DNA of 61,975 bases, filler included, from Sphacelaria rigidula (Eukaryota): the NCBI GenBank assembly GCA_964200075.2. It is 11 parts of 11 records of this genome, joined end to end, with 100 filler letters (N's around TTAATTAATTAA, not from the genome) between each part and the next. Parts side by side here need not be neighbours in the genome. Positions count along the whole stretch, not along the records: positions 1 to 5,544 come from CAXNAA020026471.1; positions 5,645 to 11,188 come from CAXNAA020026472.1; positions 11,289 to 16,831 come from CAXNAA020026473.1; 8 more parts are not named here. One strand, given 5' to 3'. The notes beneath the pieces are model-generated. The model was not told the DNA's origin. It ran no database searches and saw only the letters and a list, made by a program, of their open reading frames with translations. The position numbers were made by a program, and so were the translations under genes. Shown in pieces: positions 1-11,905 of this stretch (position 1 is the first letter of the stretch; each line of letters opens with the position of its first letter).

Positions 1-435
1 AAGCTCTCTTTTTTTTAATATAATTTCTCCCCCCCTGTTTTATGCCCCATTTGAAGCATTTTTCAGCCAAATATGCGTACTTTATGCGCCCCCTTCGCGT
101 CCTTGTTGTGGCGTTTTGGCAGTATCCCCTCACGAGGCGCGCCTTCTAGCATGAGAAGAAGACGACAATTTGGGTATTCGAAGTTTTGAAAATTATTTTT
201 AGTTGAAAAACAGGACTTTTCTCCGATCAATGAGTTTGAATGCCACCCCGGACCACCTATCGAAACAATGTATCCGCACTACGTACACTCATGATACATA
301 CCATGTACACTCATGATACATGATGCAGCAGTACGTCATTGCAGCCTCTGAACACAGGGTATTGCAGCCTTTGGCCTCTCGCCCGGCAGGCGTCAAGCTA
401 CAAGCTATCGCCCCCGCCCCCCCCATCATCTACCA

Positions 436-830
436 TCAGTCGACATTTGAAATCGTGTCAAATTTCCGGCTCCGATTGTCCTTGAGCATAACCGCAGCTT
501 CGATCCGGTCACCTGACGCCTCTCCTGGCGGGAGTCCAAACACCCCCTCAAAATGGAAAACACTCGCTCCATAAACGCGGACAATGGCTAAATAAGTACG
601 ATATCCCTCGTCACGAGATACCAAGTGGGAAGCCTTGCTTTGTCATCGTCCCAAAACGACAACAAACCGTAATTTGAGGGCGCGCCCGAGGCCGCGACCA
701 AAACGTCATCCTTCGCGGACAAAAGGCCCGCCATGACCTCGGGGTCACGAAGGGGAAAACAGCAAGCTGGTGGACCTCCTCCCCGATGTAGCCTGTATGC
801 TGCTTACTACACACGAAGTCGATGAGTTAC
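436..830 (-). pseudogene. Degenerate hAT transposase C-terminal dimerization domain
   Basis: Hand translation of the minus strand gives LLSFWDDDKARLPTWYLVTRDIVLI*PLSAFMERVFSILRGCLDSRQE, then a frameshift to SGDRIEAAVMLKDNR. This fits the hAT dimerization pattern W...P......L..P.SA..ER.FS. Contains a stop and frameshifts. Confidence 0.75.
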
Positions 831-852
831 CGCTGTAGGTTGTCCGCTGTAA

Positions 853-1154
853 CAATGTACAATGGGCCCCATGGCACAACTATTGTACAAAATATCGATT
901 ACATTTTTCGATTCAAAATTGTATCAAATATATGAAACACAAAGGGAAACGTTTTTCGGGTCATACCCGCAATCATGACAGTTTGGAGTATTGAATATTG
1001 AAGCCCGTCTGGTAACGAGTAGCGAGTGACGAGTCACGCCATAGGCCGTAGTGAGCACTTTCAAGCAGCTGATACACTGGCTGCAGGAGGCGCATGGAAA
1101 GTTATCGCAGGATTATGCGCGTTTCGAGCACATTATAAGCTTTTCACACATTTT
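853..1154. repeat. Dispersed repeat, probably a DNA transposon end; reverse-complement copy at 38735-39050
   Basis: About 300 bp colinear in reverse complement, e.g. ACAATGGGCCCCATGGCA vs TGCCATGGGGCCCATTGT and GTGACGAGTCACGCCA vs TGGCGTGACTCGTCAC. Confidence 0.8.
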
Positions 1155-2284
1155 TAGCTCTCTTTGAACTTTTCGAAAAACGCTTATTTTAGCCCGAGAA
1201 CCCCAAATTATGCTTAACCTTAAGCGCGCTCACGGAGCTAATGCCTAGCATAGAAGCAGAAGCAGCGTGCCTCGAGCGGGAGACCAGGAGCATGAGTAAC
1301 AGCCACGCTGTCTGAGGAATCAAATACGTCCACGGGGGCATTCTTCATTTTACCTCTCAATTTCCTTATTTTGCGTACCTCAGCAAACATCAAACGGCAC
1401 CGAACATGACGTATCTATCAGCACTTCTGTCGCCATACCCTTCTGTAAATTGAAGTTCGGGCGCGCAAAACGCTGCTATCGGGCGGTCAATCGCAAGCTC
1501 GATCGTAACCCTTCGACCTCCAGCCTCGCCAGATTGCCGATTATCGCAGGGTCAAATTTCGCTTCGGAACTGCTGCTTTTCAAGGGGCATAACGCGCCTA
1601 TTTATTCAAAGAGGTAAATGTCGAGTGTTTGTATGTAAGTTAGTACGTGACGACCTCTGACCGTTTTTCCAGCTAAGCCTTGGAGCCACGTGAGCGTGTA
1701 CTGCGTGTGTTTCGGTATACTGAGTAGGCGGTACGCGCTGTCATGCGCAATTGAGTGGTGCGCGCCGGGTGTCACTACTGCTGTGATATGCTCAAGCAGC
1801 ATACTCTCTGCCTTGCTTCAGCATTCTTGGTACTTTCAAAGTGTTAACGCACCTCCTTCATGTTTCGATATTTCGCTGCATGTCATATGATGTCATATAA
1901 TCTCAACAATCGGACTCTATGGTACCGTGCTGGTATTGTATATATAGGTACTGTGTGCTGTCCGTTTGCAACACCTCGACCCTGCGTTCTGTTTTTTGTT
2001 GCAGGCCTCCAGTGTTCCACTTCTGTGCTTGACAGCATGAGTTTTGACAACAATGAATGAAGCTGGAAGCCACTGCTGTGGAGTTCGACCCACGGATCCG
2101 TTGCTGACCACAGACTCCATCAAGGCAGAGGTATGTGATGTGGGAACGGGGAATACGTACGGCTGCGCCTGTGCGCGGTCTTGCCGTAACATGGGTCAGG
2201 GTAAAAGGGGGAATTATTGCACTGTTTGAGATGAAGATACTGGAGTCTTGAACCTTGAATAGTGTTGGATGTTCTCAAGTGGTC

Positions 2285-2309
2285 CGGTGCGGTGCGGTGC
2301 GGTGCGGTG
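2285..2309. repeat. (CGGTG)5 pentanucleotide repeat
   Basis: Read directly from the sequence. Confidence 0.9.
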
Positions 2310-4077
2310 GGAAGTCGTTTGGCATGCGTTTTCTCTTCACGCCCATCAGCATTCCATTTTTTTCCCCGTGACATTTCCCCGGTCCTCTTCTTAGATAAGA
2401 TGAATGCCTGCTTCGACAGTTTTCAAAACTTGTTGTTAGCACGTTAGAATAGCAATTTCGACGCAAGGTTTCTTGGTGTAGACGACACGCAGTTCACCCC
2501 AACTCGTGCTGACTCGTTCCGACGTCCCAGACGCTAGAAACGGCGTCGGCGTTGTTTCTGGGCGCGTCGGGCGAGTATCGAGGAAGAAGCTACCATGTTC
2601 TTTCATGCTGTCGGCTCCAACTCGCCCTGTGGGTACACACACAGCACGATGCAGTTTCCAACGCAGCTTTACCCGCACACAAGTAACCGAGCAGCTCTCA
2701 AAAACTCGGAGCGCTTTCCGAGTAAGCTTGCGCCGAAAATGGGCCGTTCGAAGGCTTCGCAACGGTTCAGGTTAGGAGGTGGAAGTATGAGACGGAAACA
2801 AGTAGGGTCTGTACGCAGAGTCAGTAGTCAGTACCTAAGACAAATACTGCGGAAACGCAGAACACGAAATCATGGCCTTTTAGATCCACGAGTCCAGCCG
2901 GCGGAAAGTGAAAGAGCCTCAACGCTTGAAGGCAGCGTGCAGCTCCTGAAGAAGGTGCGACACAAGGTTGAGTCGGAGTCACCCTGGTATCGTGCCTGTG
3001 ACGCACTGCCTATGCTCTGCGTTGTTGTTTGTACCTGTGCCACCGCAGGCGCCGTCCGCTGTGTTTTTGTTTTTTGGGGGTGGAGAAAATCGCGCTTCTA
3101 CGTTGTTCTTGTAACTAACTTGGGCATATGACACGTAATACGTTCTGTACTTTTCTGAGCTGGCGCCTGTTCGTATGTTGTGATATACTGAAATGATTGT
3201 GAGCACACGAGACGCGTGTTGTGTGTTTTCACGTCGATGCAGATTGCGGCATCTTCGAGATTTGTGCTCGTGTGCTGCGGCCGCCGGCTGTGTTACCATT
3301 TACGCTCCCGACTGCCGACTGCCGTGTGCGGTCGGTTCATCTGTGAAAGATGTTTTGTCTGTCCCATGTCTGCCTACAAATTGTACTGTTCCGTACGGTT
3401 GTGTTGTGTTGTCTTGACTGGCAGTCAGTACCGCCCATAGTATAACGATCGGGCAGTCTGTACGGTACTCTACACTGCCCTTCATCGTCCTGCGAGAAGG
3501 CGCTTTTGTTGTACAATGCCAAGTTATGTCCTTGGCACGAGTTTATCTCGTGTGCTCCAAATATGTGTTCATCCCAGAAGCTTAGAGCGCCGATCGCCAC
3601 CTCAATAAAGGAAACCTGCCTGAGTCTCGCAGCAAACCGTCGCCGATGGTGTCGGGGGCGGCCGCGGGTAACGGCAACTAGCGGATGCTGCCAGCAAGCC
3701 CCGCGCAGGCTGCAGCCACCGCGGGAAGAGTTGCGGCTATTTTCATGAGGGGTCACCCTCATGTCACGATAGCTGGGAGGCAAAACATTATTCGCCGTGA
3801 AAGTTCAAACATGTTATTTTCTCTACATTCGCGATTTAGTTCGCAATATTGGCTCGAATCGTGCCTGTCAGATACATTAAACTGTTTCGAAAATACCGTC
3901 GCCATGTTACCGTTTCCCGATTTTGTGTACATTCCGTTTTCATTTTTTGTCGGGACCGGTTAATCGTCTCCTTGATCTCCTTCCCGTCCCCTTCCTGTTT
4001 TGTTCGCCTTCCGTTTTGCTCAGTTTACTCTGTTCCATCTTTTTTCTCTGTCCCTCACCTTTCTCTAGTTTCCTTTA

Positions 4078-5213
4078 CAGGCTGGTTCAGGGTGAACGAC
4101 CGGAATTTACGTCCCAGCGATTGCTCTCGCCGTTTCTTGGTTTTAGACCCTGAAATTTTGCACACGGGTGCTCTATAATATTGAGAAGGGCTGCACGAAT
4201 GGGATCTTCCGAAGTTTTTTCCCCCGCCAGATATCCCGGGTCTCAGGAAGGGTGTCTTCAAACGAAGACACCCGTCCTGGGACCCCGGATATCTGGCGGA
4301 AAAGAAAATCGAAAACTGCAGTCATACACCCCTTCTTAATATCTCAGAGCACCCGTCTACAAAAGTTTAGGGCCTAAATCCAAGAAGCGGCGTGAGCAAT
4401 TAATTAGCCGTTTGTGCGTGGAAGTATATAGAAGTAAGCGGAACCCCCCTTGATACTTGATTATAGCACGCTACTGGCGCTTTCCTTGTGCGCTTGAGCT
4501 TAAATCCGCCGTTTGAGACCAGCTTTTCTAGCTACGCAACGAAATAATACAAACATTCCTTGGACTACGTCGGGACGAGTCAATTTTGAATCTTGAATTT
4601 TAAAGTCATCTGTACCGACTTCTGGGGGTCCCCTCGTTGGGACCCCGGGAAGCCGGTAGAGAGCAGAAGATCTTTGAGATGTTCTTCAACGTTTTTCTTT
4701 CCATGCGTAGCACCCATATTTACGAAAGTGCCAAGTTTGAGGGTGATCGGAGCTTTTCCGCAAAAGTTACAAGGGAAAACGTCAAGAGGCCTCCTGGGTC
4801 TTCGATACATATTATGAGGGGGAATCCGACGACGCCAAAACCCCACGTGACCGAAATACCACGTTTTGGGGTATAACTCGATATCATACAAACCGTTTTC
4901 GATTTTTGTTTTTCTGTGTTAGATTCCTCAGCTAATGGCGGTTACTAATGTTTGAGTGGTGATGAGATTGGGTAAAAATTGAGCAGAAACAATGTATTTT
5001 GAAATTCAGAACAGTTCGAAGTTCGCTGATTGGCCTAGAAGTATTTTCACTAACAGTGCCACGGTGAAGGACATGAGAAACAATCTGGCCATGTCACACT
5101 GTTCCCTTTGCTTGTGCGGGTCACTATGATACCACATGTGCTTTTTTCGGGTCAGTTTTGCCTTCTGGATCTAGTGAGGAATACATTTTGGGGATTCACC
5201 CTGAACCAGCCTG
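4078..5213. mobile_element. Non-autonomous Tc1/mariner-type element (1136 bp)
   Basis: Perfect 19-bp TIRs CAGGCTGGTTCAGGGTGAA (4078-4096) and TTCACCCTGAACCAGCCTG (5195-5213), flanked by TA at 4076-4077 and 5214-5215. No transposase ORF inside. Confidence 0.85.
4120..4400. repeat. About 280-bp imperfect palindrome (fold-back) inside the Tc1/mariner element
   Basis: Arms pair throughout: ATTGCTC/GAGCAAT, CGGGTGCTCT/AGAGCACCCG, CCGCCAGATATCC/GGATATCTGGCGG and GGGTGTCTTC/GAAGACACCC, centred near 4261. Confidence 0.85.
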
Positions 5214-5438
5214 TATAGCGAGGGCCTCCGTTTTGTTCGCCTTGGGTACGTCTATTTTGTCCATAATGACCACGACTGTATATCTCGGGGATCAGTTAAT
5301 GCGTGGCAACCAACCCATCAAATCCTTTATGTAAACACTGGCAATTTAATGCTCACGACCATCAGTGGTAGCGTGAAGAAAAGAGGTCAAATGAACTGTT
5401 GCTTCGTTTTGCGTAGTGCAGAGCGGTGACTATTGCCC

Positions 5439-5508
5439 TGTGACGGTTTAAGAGACAACCAACTAGACTAAGTCAGTAGTCTAGTTGGTTGTCTCTTAAA
5501 CCGTCACA
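5439..5508. repeat. Perfect 32-bp inverted repeat with 6-nt loop
   Basis: TGTGACGGTTTAAGAGACAACCAACTAGACTA (5439-5470), loop AGTCAG, TAGTCTAGTTGGTTGTCTCTTAAACCGTCACA (5477-5508). Confidence 0.95.
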
Positions 5509-5544
5509 AAAGTTAGTCGTGGGGGTTTGATCCCCGTCACTTTC
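5470..5544 (+). mobile_element. Possible tRNA-derived SINE head (Pol III A and B boxes), cut by the contig end
   Basis: A-box-like TAGTCTAGTTGG at 5477-5488 and B-box-like GGTTTGATCCC at 5524-5534, with tRNA-like spacing. No full cloverleaf found. Confidence 0.4.
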
Positions 5545-5644
5545 NNNNNNNNNNNNNNNNNNNNNNNNNNNNNNNNNNNNNNNNNNNNTTAATTAATTAA
5601 NNNNNNNNNNNNNNNNNNNNNNNNNNNNNNNNNNNNNNNNNNNN

Positions 5645-7965
5645 CTGGTTTAGATTTTACTATTCAGTAGTCTCTCCGCTGTCTAGGCGTACGCATGTCC
5701 GCATGCCGTCATGGAATTGGCGGATGATGGAAATTACCTCGGCGGGTATACCGTAGCGTGCTAGAACTTTCCAGAGAAGAGCGCGGTGCACAGAGTCGTA
5801 CGCTTTTTGGAGGTCGATGAGGCACGTACACAGAGGAAGATTCTTTTCTCGGGCCAGTTCTTGGAGTCTGCGGACAACGAACATCATGTCGACTGTAGAA
5901 CGGCTAGGTCGGAAACCGCATTGCGCTTCTGGGAGGAATCCCTTCCACTCGCAGTAGGCACTGAGACGAATCGCAACTATCTTGAGCACCACCTTGCCTC
6001 AGTGGGACCCGAGAGAAATACCGCGGTTGTTGCCGCATTTGTACGGGTCCTGTTTCTTGAAGAGCACCTTGATGATAGTGTCTTTCCACTCTTGCGGTAC
6101 AACTTCCTGACGCCACACGGTGAGCACGATGTCGTGGAGGCACTTCAGGATGGCATAGTCTTCGGTGCGGCCGAGCTCTAACAGTTCGCCACAGATGCCG
6201 TCTATCCCAACGGCGTTACCGTTCGCCAGTTTGCTCACCGCTTGCTTCACTTCTGCCATCGAGGGCTCCGCCGCGAGTGGTGTGTGCTCTGGCAATTGTT
6301 CGATGAGATTGATGATGGAGTGATCGATTGTAGGTAGGTTGCGCTTAGCAGTGTGTCAAACTATTCCTCCCATCGTTGCAGGATAGCTTGCTTGTCTCGT
6401 GACAGCTCGCCAGTCGCGCTTCGGATGTAGGTTGAGTCGCTCTGCTTCTTCCCTTCCAGTTCCAAGGACTTGAGATGCTGGTAGAGTCCTGCTTGACCCT
6501 TCTTGCGAACAAAGTCAGCGATCCGCACTGTGAACTCGTGGACGAAGTTCTGCAGCTTAGCATCCTTCACCCGCTCAAACGCCTTGTACGTCACCTTCAG
6601 CGCCTTCTTCAGGACAGTGTCTTTAGGATTCACTCGTTGCATGTTTCATACACTTTCCCGGAGATCCCATGCCTTTAGGAGGCGGTCCTGAGCTTGGGAT
6701 GACTCACTGAAACCTCTAGATGGGGTTTTCTTGGGTCATCGACGGAGTGTATCCGCCGCAGTCTGTCACAGGGTGTTGGCGAAGGTAGATGCCATGTGGT
6801 TGACGTCCAGTACGGCGGGAGAATCAGCGGCATTCGGGAGCCTAACGACAATGACCTGTGCAACAGTTACTCTCCAGCTTCGGTCGGATGCAAGGGCTTG
6901 GCGGCCGAAACGCACTCCCCTATCCCCGCCTCTCGGTCGGGGTTAGCGGTTGGGGGCGTTCCGCCCAAGGAGACGGATGGCGGCAGAGACCAGACGATGG
7001 TCCGACTTCATCTTGGGGTGCACCGTGACGTTTCGGACAAGTCTGCGGTCTTGCTGACGTACGAGAATGTAGTCCAGGCGCCAGCGGTGTTCGACCTTCG
7101 GCCCCGCATATGTGTACGCGGTCGAGCTTTCCCCGCGAATTGGTATGCGAAAAAATGTGTTGGTGATGGTCATTGTATTTTCCGCGGCGCATTTCAGTAG
7201 GCGTCTACCATTATCGTTCCGGGTGTCTCTGCCATACTCTCCCAAACCCCGAGGATCATCCATGCCTCCTACTTCTCCTTTTCCGGTACGAGCATTGGCA
7301 TCCATCATTAGTACTAGGTGCTCGTTGGTGGGCACTTCAGCGATGGAACTACCGAGAGTTTTCCAGAACGTGGTCTTATCAGAACCTTGTGCTGTCTCAG
7401 TAGGAGCATACCCTATAATGAAGGTTGTGGCAACTCTATGCCGGAAAGCTACTCGTGCCTTCAGGACCCTGGCACCCACGTGCTCGGGAGTGATGGCATC
7501 TGGATCCAGTGTGTTGGCGAAAGACTCCTTGATGGCAAGGCCGACTCCGAGCATTCCCGGTTTCCCCCCGTCTCCATGGCAGTGGCCGCTGCAGTGAACT
7601 ATGTAGCCTGCTCCCGGTACGTGAAAGGTTGTTCGTCCATCGCGACGGGTTTCTTGAAGAGCGACAAAATCACAGCTGTACTTGGATACAAAAAGCAGTA
7701 GGTCCTCTGCGTGACGTGTGCCGTTGGAACCTCTCTTGGCCATGGTGCGTACATTCCACGTGGCCACAACCAGCTCTTTGGATCGAGCCTCCGCCCTTGC
7801 GGGAGTACGGTTGGCGTGAGCCTGAGCATTGTCGGCTCGCCGAGCTGGTCTTTCCCTCCTTCTCTTCCTTTGTTTTCCTCTGACCCTTTCTTTCTGGTGT
7901 CTGATCCAGCGTTTGTGTGCTACAATTCTCCGTTTCCACGCACTCTTCCGCCCACGCTGGTTCAT
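5645..7965 (-). mobile_element. RTE-clade LINE, single APE+RT ORF, decayed and cut by the contig end
   Basis: 6943-7965 has APE endonuclease motifs ATWNVRT, ALQETR, GYAPT, MDANAR and RLDYIL...SDH. 5660-6295 has RT motifs GIDGI, W....VPQEWKD.II..LFKK.D...C.N.RGISL, EAQCGFRPSRSTVDMMF..R.LQE and IDLQKAYDSV. The ORF is split by stops and frameshifts. Confidence 0.92.
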
Positions 7966-8589
7966 GCCTATCTGTTCCTGCGTGACGTTCAGCGGACCTC
8001 GCGCACGTCGACCTCCACCAAGTCGACCTTAATGCTTACACGCACGCCGCTGTCTGCTCTCAGAGCTACAGCAACAATGCTTTCGGCGGTGGCGATGAGT
8101 AATCGGATGAGCGGCCCCTTCCGGAAAGGGTAGGGCGTGTTCCGGTATCATCGCCATGTAGCAGCACGTTTACGGGTGGCAAACACCGTACGGTGCAGTC
8201 AGGGGCGCTGGCGCAAAGGGCATTCAAACCCACCCCACTGTGGTGCGTAGCAGTTAGATACTGTAGTAGGAGTTAATCTCCACACAAGCCGGGTGTTGTA
8301 CTCTTCCAGGGATCGCTGCTTTAGCCGGTGACGGCGGTTTGGGTCTACGACCGGGAAAGGCACCGACTGTATCACGGGTGATAACCACCGTATGGCTTGC
8401 ACGAGCCGGGGTACGTGGGATGAGAAGTAATCCAGCTGCCGCACGGGCGTGGTACAAATTAGATTGACCGTAGATATCACAGATACTCCGTACTAGTCGA
8501 ATTGCTGCGTCTTTCCTTGGGCCGCTGCCGCCAGCCAGCCGAACCCAGCCTCGGGGCTCGGGCCGAGGCTGGAGGGAAAGCAGGCGGAT

Positions 8590-8860
8590 TATACTCTACT
8601 CAAATACTGAGCAAGCACTCTCAGTAACACTTGAGTATAGAGTATCACTTGGGTGTGACCCCAACACTCTGCTCAATTTTTGAGGAGGTCGAGTACGGCC
8701 GCAAATACTCTACTCAAACTTTGGGTAGATTGGGTATGACCTCGAATACTGTACTAAAGGTTTGAGCACACCGAGTACGACCTGCAAGAATCCACCCAAA
8801 TATTGAGTAAGCAGTATCAGTAATACTTGAGTACAAAGTATCAACTGGGTGTGATGGGTA
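8590..8860. repeat. Degenerate GAGTA/TACTC-rich subrepeat array; related arrays at 10070-10290, 14898-15490 and 61697-61789
   Basis: Recurrent motifs such as GGGTAGATTGGGTATGACCTCGAATACT and GAAGTACTCAGTATT. The 14898 array starts CAGGG and the 61697 array ends CCCTG, consistent with hAT-like ends (inference). Confidence 0.45.
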
Positions 8861-8975
8861 ACCGTGACCGTCGGCAGATGCGTGACGCCGCTTCACAGGC
8901 TATGTTGAATACATGGGCGAACGATTGCCATCAATGACAGGAGTGGCGTTACGTCACGGGCTACGATGAGTATGA

Positions 8976-9406
8976 AACGCAGGATTTGACAAATTGGGAA
9001 TGGATTTTTCATCGGGGATGGAAACCCGGAGAAATAAAATCTTCGTATTCACACCAAATCTTCGAAGTATGGTTCTATTTCTTCACTGACTGGTAGCTAT
9101 TGACAACTACTACACGCCACACAAATTTGGACTTCGATAACCAAAATGTCGGGGTCCTAGGTGAAAAACCAGTTTCGGCGTCCGATCGGATCACCTAAAT
9201 CGCCCAAAATTGTGTTTTCACCTGGGACGCCGACATTTCGATCACCGAAATCCAAATTTGTATGGCGTGTAGTAGTTGTCAATAGCTATGAGGAAGTGAA
9301 GAAATTGAAGCGTGGTCCGAAGATTTGGGGTGGATACGGGGATTTTAGTTCTCCGGGTTCTCATCCCCAATGATTAATCCATTCCTAATTGGTGAAACCT
9401 CGTGTT
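8976..9406. mobile_element. About 430-bp fold-back MITE
   Basis: Imperfect palindrome along its whole length, with a perfect core TAGCTATTGACAACTACTACACGCCA / TGGCGTGTAGTAGTTGTCAATAGCTA. ATGA flanks both sides (8972-8975 and 9407-9410) as a candidate TSD. Confidence 0.8.
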
Positions 9407-10601
9407 ATGAGCGAATCATGGCCATAAAAAAAGAAAGAAACATGCAGATGAATGAACCTACCTGCCCCAGCTCACCTGTACCCATCCATGGTAGTACATA
9501 TTTTACACCTAGGCAGTGGGATGGTGGTGTCACGGTATGAGGGCGAGGACCGAGACACCAGCCGGGCTGTGTGGAGATGCGATCCAATATCGTGGAACGT
9601 TTGTTGTGAAAAAAATACGTGTCTCATTCAGCGTCTGGGCCAAATCAGAAGTGTAGATGCAGTTGTACCGGCCGGTTGGATTCTGTCTTATTTGTTTGTG
9701 CCCGAGAAATTGTGCATTCTAAATTTTGTTCTGTGGCGCATGTGCCTCTTGAACCTTTCGCTATCAGCTATTTCCCCTTCTCCCTACTTGCAGGCGGGTG
9801 AAACGCGTCACACACCAGGTGACATGTGCGAATATCCGGGTATGGACTACACACAAGACTTCGACTGTCAATACTTCGACATGATTTTTACGCTTTCCGG
9901 TACTCCCGCCAGTCTACACGGTACAGTCCGAACGCCCTTCGACAATACCGCAATCTTCCTTTTACCCTAGTTGTGTACCATGTGGTTTTGATCCAAATGC
10001 TTTCTCGAATAGACTTCTGGGATTTGATGGGGAATCAGCCCTAATAATGGGCGGGAATCTCAGTGAATACGTCGGTATTTTACTCAACCCGAGTTTGAGT
10101 ACCTTACATACGAACTTGAATATTAAAGTGAAAGTTATGCTCAAGGGTTTTGGTACTTCTGGTCCGGCCTCAGATACCCTACCTAAGTTTCTGGTAGATT
10201 GAGTACGACCTCGAACATTCTACTCAGAATGTTGGGTAGATTTGGAACGACCTCCAATACCACGATATCACAGATGGTTTGGGAGTCCCTGCGTGATGAT
10301 GCTTGGGATAGGGTGTACCGTCACGAATGCGTGTTCAACCGCTGGACATTTTTGGCTACAATACCCGAGCGAACGCTCTCCGTATCGTTCCCCCCGTGTT
10401 TTGCTGGTTTGTCGGCCGAAGCGATGTAGCTACAGAACACGCCAATATACAACTAATTTATTCCCTAGGAGCAAGCTTGATTCGATTGCGATGATCCAAG
10501 CACTTTGGGGGGGGGTCTGCTCGCAGGTGCTCCAAGGTCTCCGTCGCCATGTGTTACTAGTAGGCGTCTCACATTTCATGTGGGGTCGTTGTCACGTGCA
10601 G

Positions 10602-10900
10602 GTTCGCCATAGGCGTGAGGGGAACGAACATCTTCACGAGATCGCAGCGAGCTGCTGAGTTCCAGACGTCCTACAGGGGGCTCCCATTCCACTGTCTAAC
10701 CCAACGAAATCTGGGCAACTTCGAGGGCCTCCTGAACGGTCTTGTCAACCGTGTGGCGAACATCACGACCTTCAGAGATTTTCCGCGCGGAGAAGCGTGG
10801 TGGGCGGGTGCAGGTGACGTTCAAGCGATACATGCACAAGAATCAGTGGAGCGGGAGGTGCGCGGGCGGCTCATTAGACCCGGAGGCCCCCCCACACATT
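10602..10900 (+). pseudogene. Possible decayed transposase exon (DUF7869/Sola-like C-terminal region)
   Basis: After a TGCAG acceptor the frame reads FAIGVRGTNIFTRSQ...NLGNFEGLLNGLVNRVANITTFRDF, then frameshifts to RAEKRGGRVQVTFKRYMHKNQWSG. The resemblance is from memory only. Confidence 0.3.
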
Positions 10901-11292
10901 CTCTTGATTGGCGCCACACCTAGTATCCGATGTACCCCGCCGGTCCACCTCCACACGGTGACTGACGAAGGTTTTTGCAAGGTGCGGCAGCGGTACGAAG
11001 ATTCCCACGAGCGGCTAACGGCTGCATTCCCCGGCAGTGAGCTACCACCGTCGCGCATTTTCCCTTCCACGTTCCACTTGCAACTGCGTTTCCTCTTGCT
11101 TCTTGTTTTCTTGTATACGCTCCACGGTTAGGACAAATCATCACGACTCAAAATCACCAAATTCACGATTTCTTCTGCTGATTGCCCGNNNNNNNNNNNN
11201 NNNNNNNNNNNNNNNNNNNNNNNNNNNNNNNNTTAATTAATTAANNNNNNNNNNNNNNNNNNNNNNNNNNNNNNNNNNNNNNNNNNNNGCTC

Positions 11293-11363
11293 CGAGGTCA
11301 ATGGTCATGGCATGCATGATCATGAGTACACCCCCCCCCCCCCCTCCCCCCCCCCCCCCTCCC
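11293..11363 (+). mobile_element. 3' end of non-LTR family F1 ending in a C-run; other copies 16761-16831(-), 17004-17133(-), 19500-19614(-), 33664-33760(-), 53146-53190(+)
   Basis: Shared GAGGTCAATGGTC...GCATGCATGATCATGAGTACA followed by a C-run in all six copies (only CCC in the 53146 copy). Confidence 0.8.
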
Positions 11364-11716
11364 TAAAACCAGTCCAAAGCTGTCACGAAGAAAATGGTGA
11401 TGCAGCGCCTGGTGTTTGGGCCAAGGCTGCATGAAGAGTCTCATATGGGCGACATTGGCGAAAGCGAACCCAAGCGTGAGAATTCCCAGCTGCTTGTTGT
11501 GCTCACCTTTCGTCACTTCGAGTTCCGTGTAGATTTTGCCTCGCCAAACTAGCGACTTTGGGGTGGGACGGGGGGGGGGGGGGGGATAATTAGTTGGTTA
11601 CCTGAACAGATAGAAAATAAAAAAAAAAACCCAGNNNNNNNNNNCCCGTTTTTTTTTTCTTCCCCTTTTCCCCCCTTTGGGTTCCTGTTGAGTTTTGCCC
11701 CCCACAACCTGGCGGT

Positions 11717-11905
11717 GTGGGGGGGGGGGGGGGGGGGGGGGGCTCATTCGTTGCTTGCCTTAGTCGATTGACCATTGACCACGTAGCCCTGTCGAGACGG
11801 AGCACCGTTCCTACTTCTGAAATGGAGAAAACCACAACATTTCGGTGCTTATTACGTTTCTCCCATACATTACACAAGGACATTTCACGAATCTTTTCCC
11901 GGGAG
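11717..11905 (-). mobile_element. 3' end of LINE family F2 (ORF ends ...VVNGQ.TKASNK*, then GTAC + C-run); other copies 21488-21645(-) and 33861-33929(+)
   Basis: Three homologous copies. At 33861-33929 the text reads GTAGTCAATGGTCAAACGACCAAGGCAAGCAACAAA-TGA-GTA-C11. Confidence 0.75.

Noticed and set aside
5545..5644. TTAATTAATTAA recurring every ~5643 bp
   Set aside because: Artificial six-frame-stop linker inside N padding; ORFs containing X runs are artefacts.
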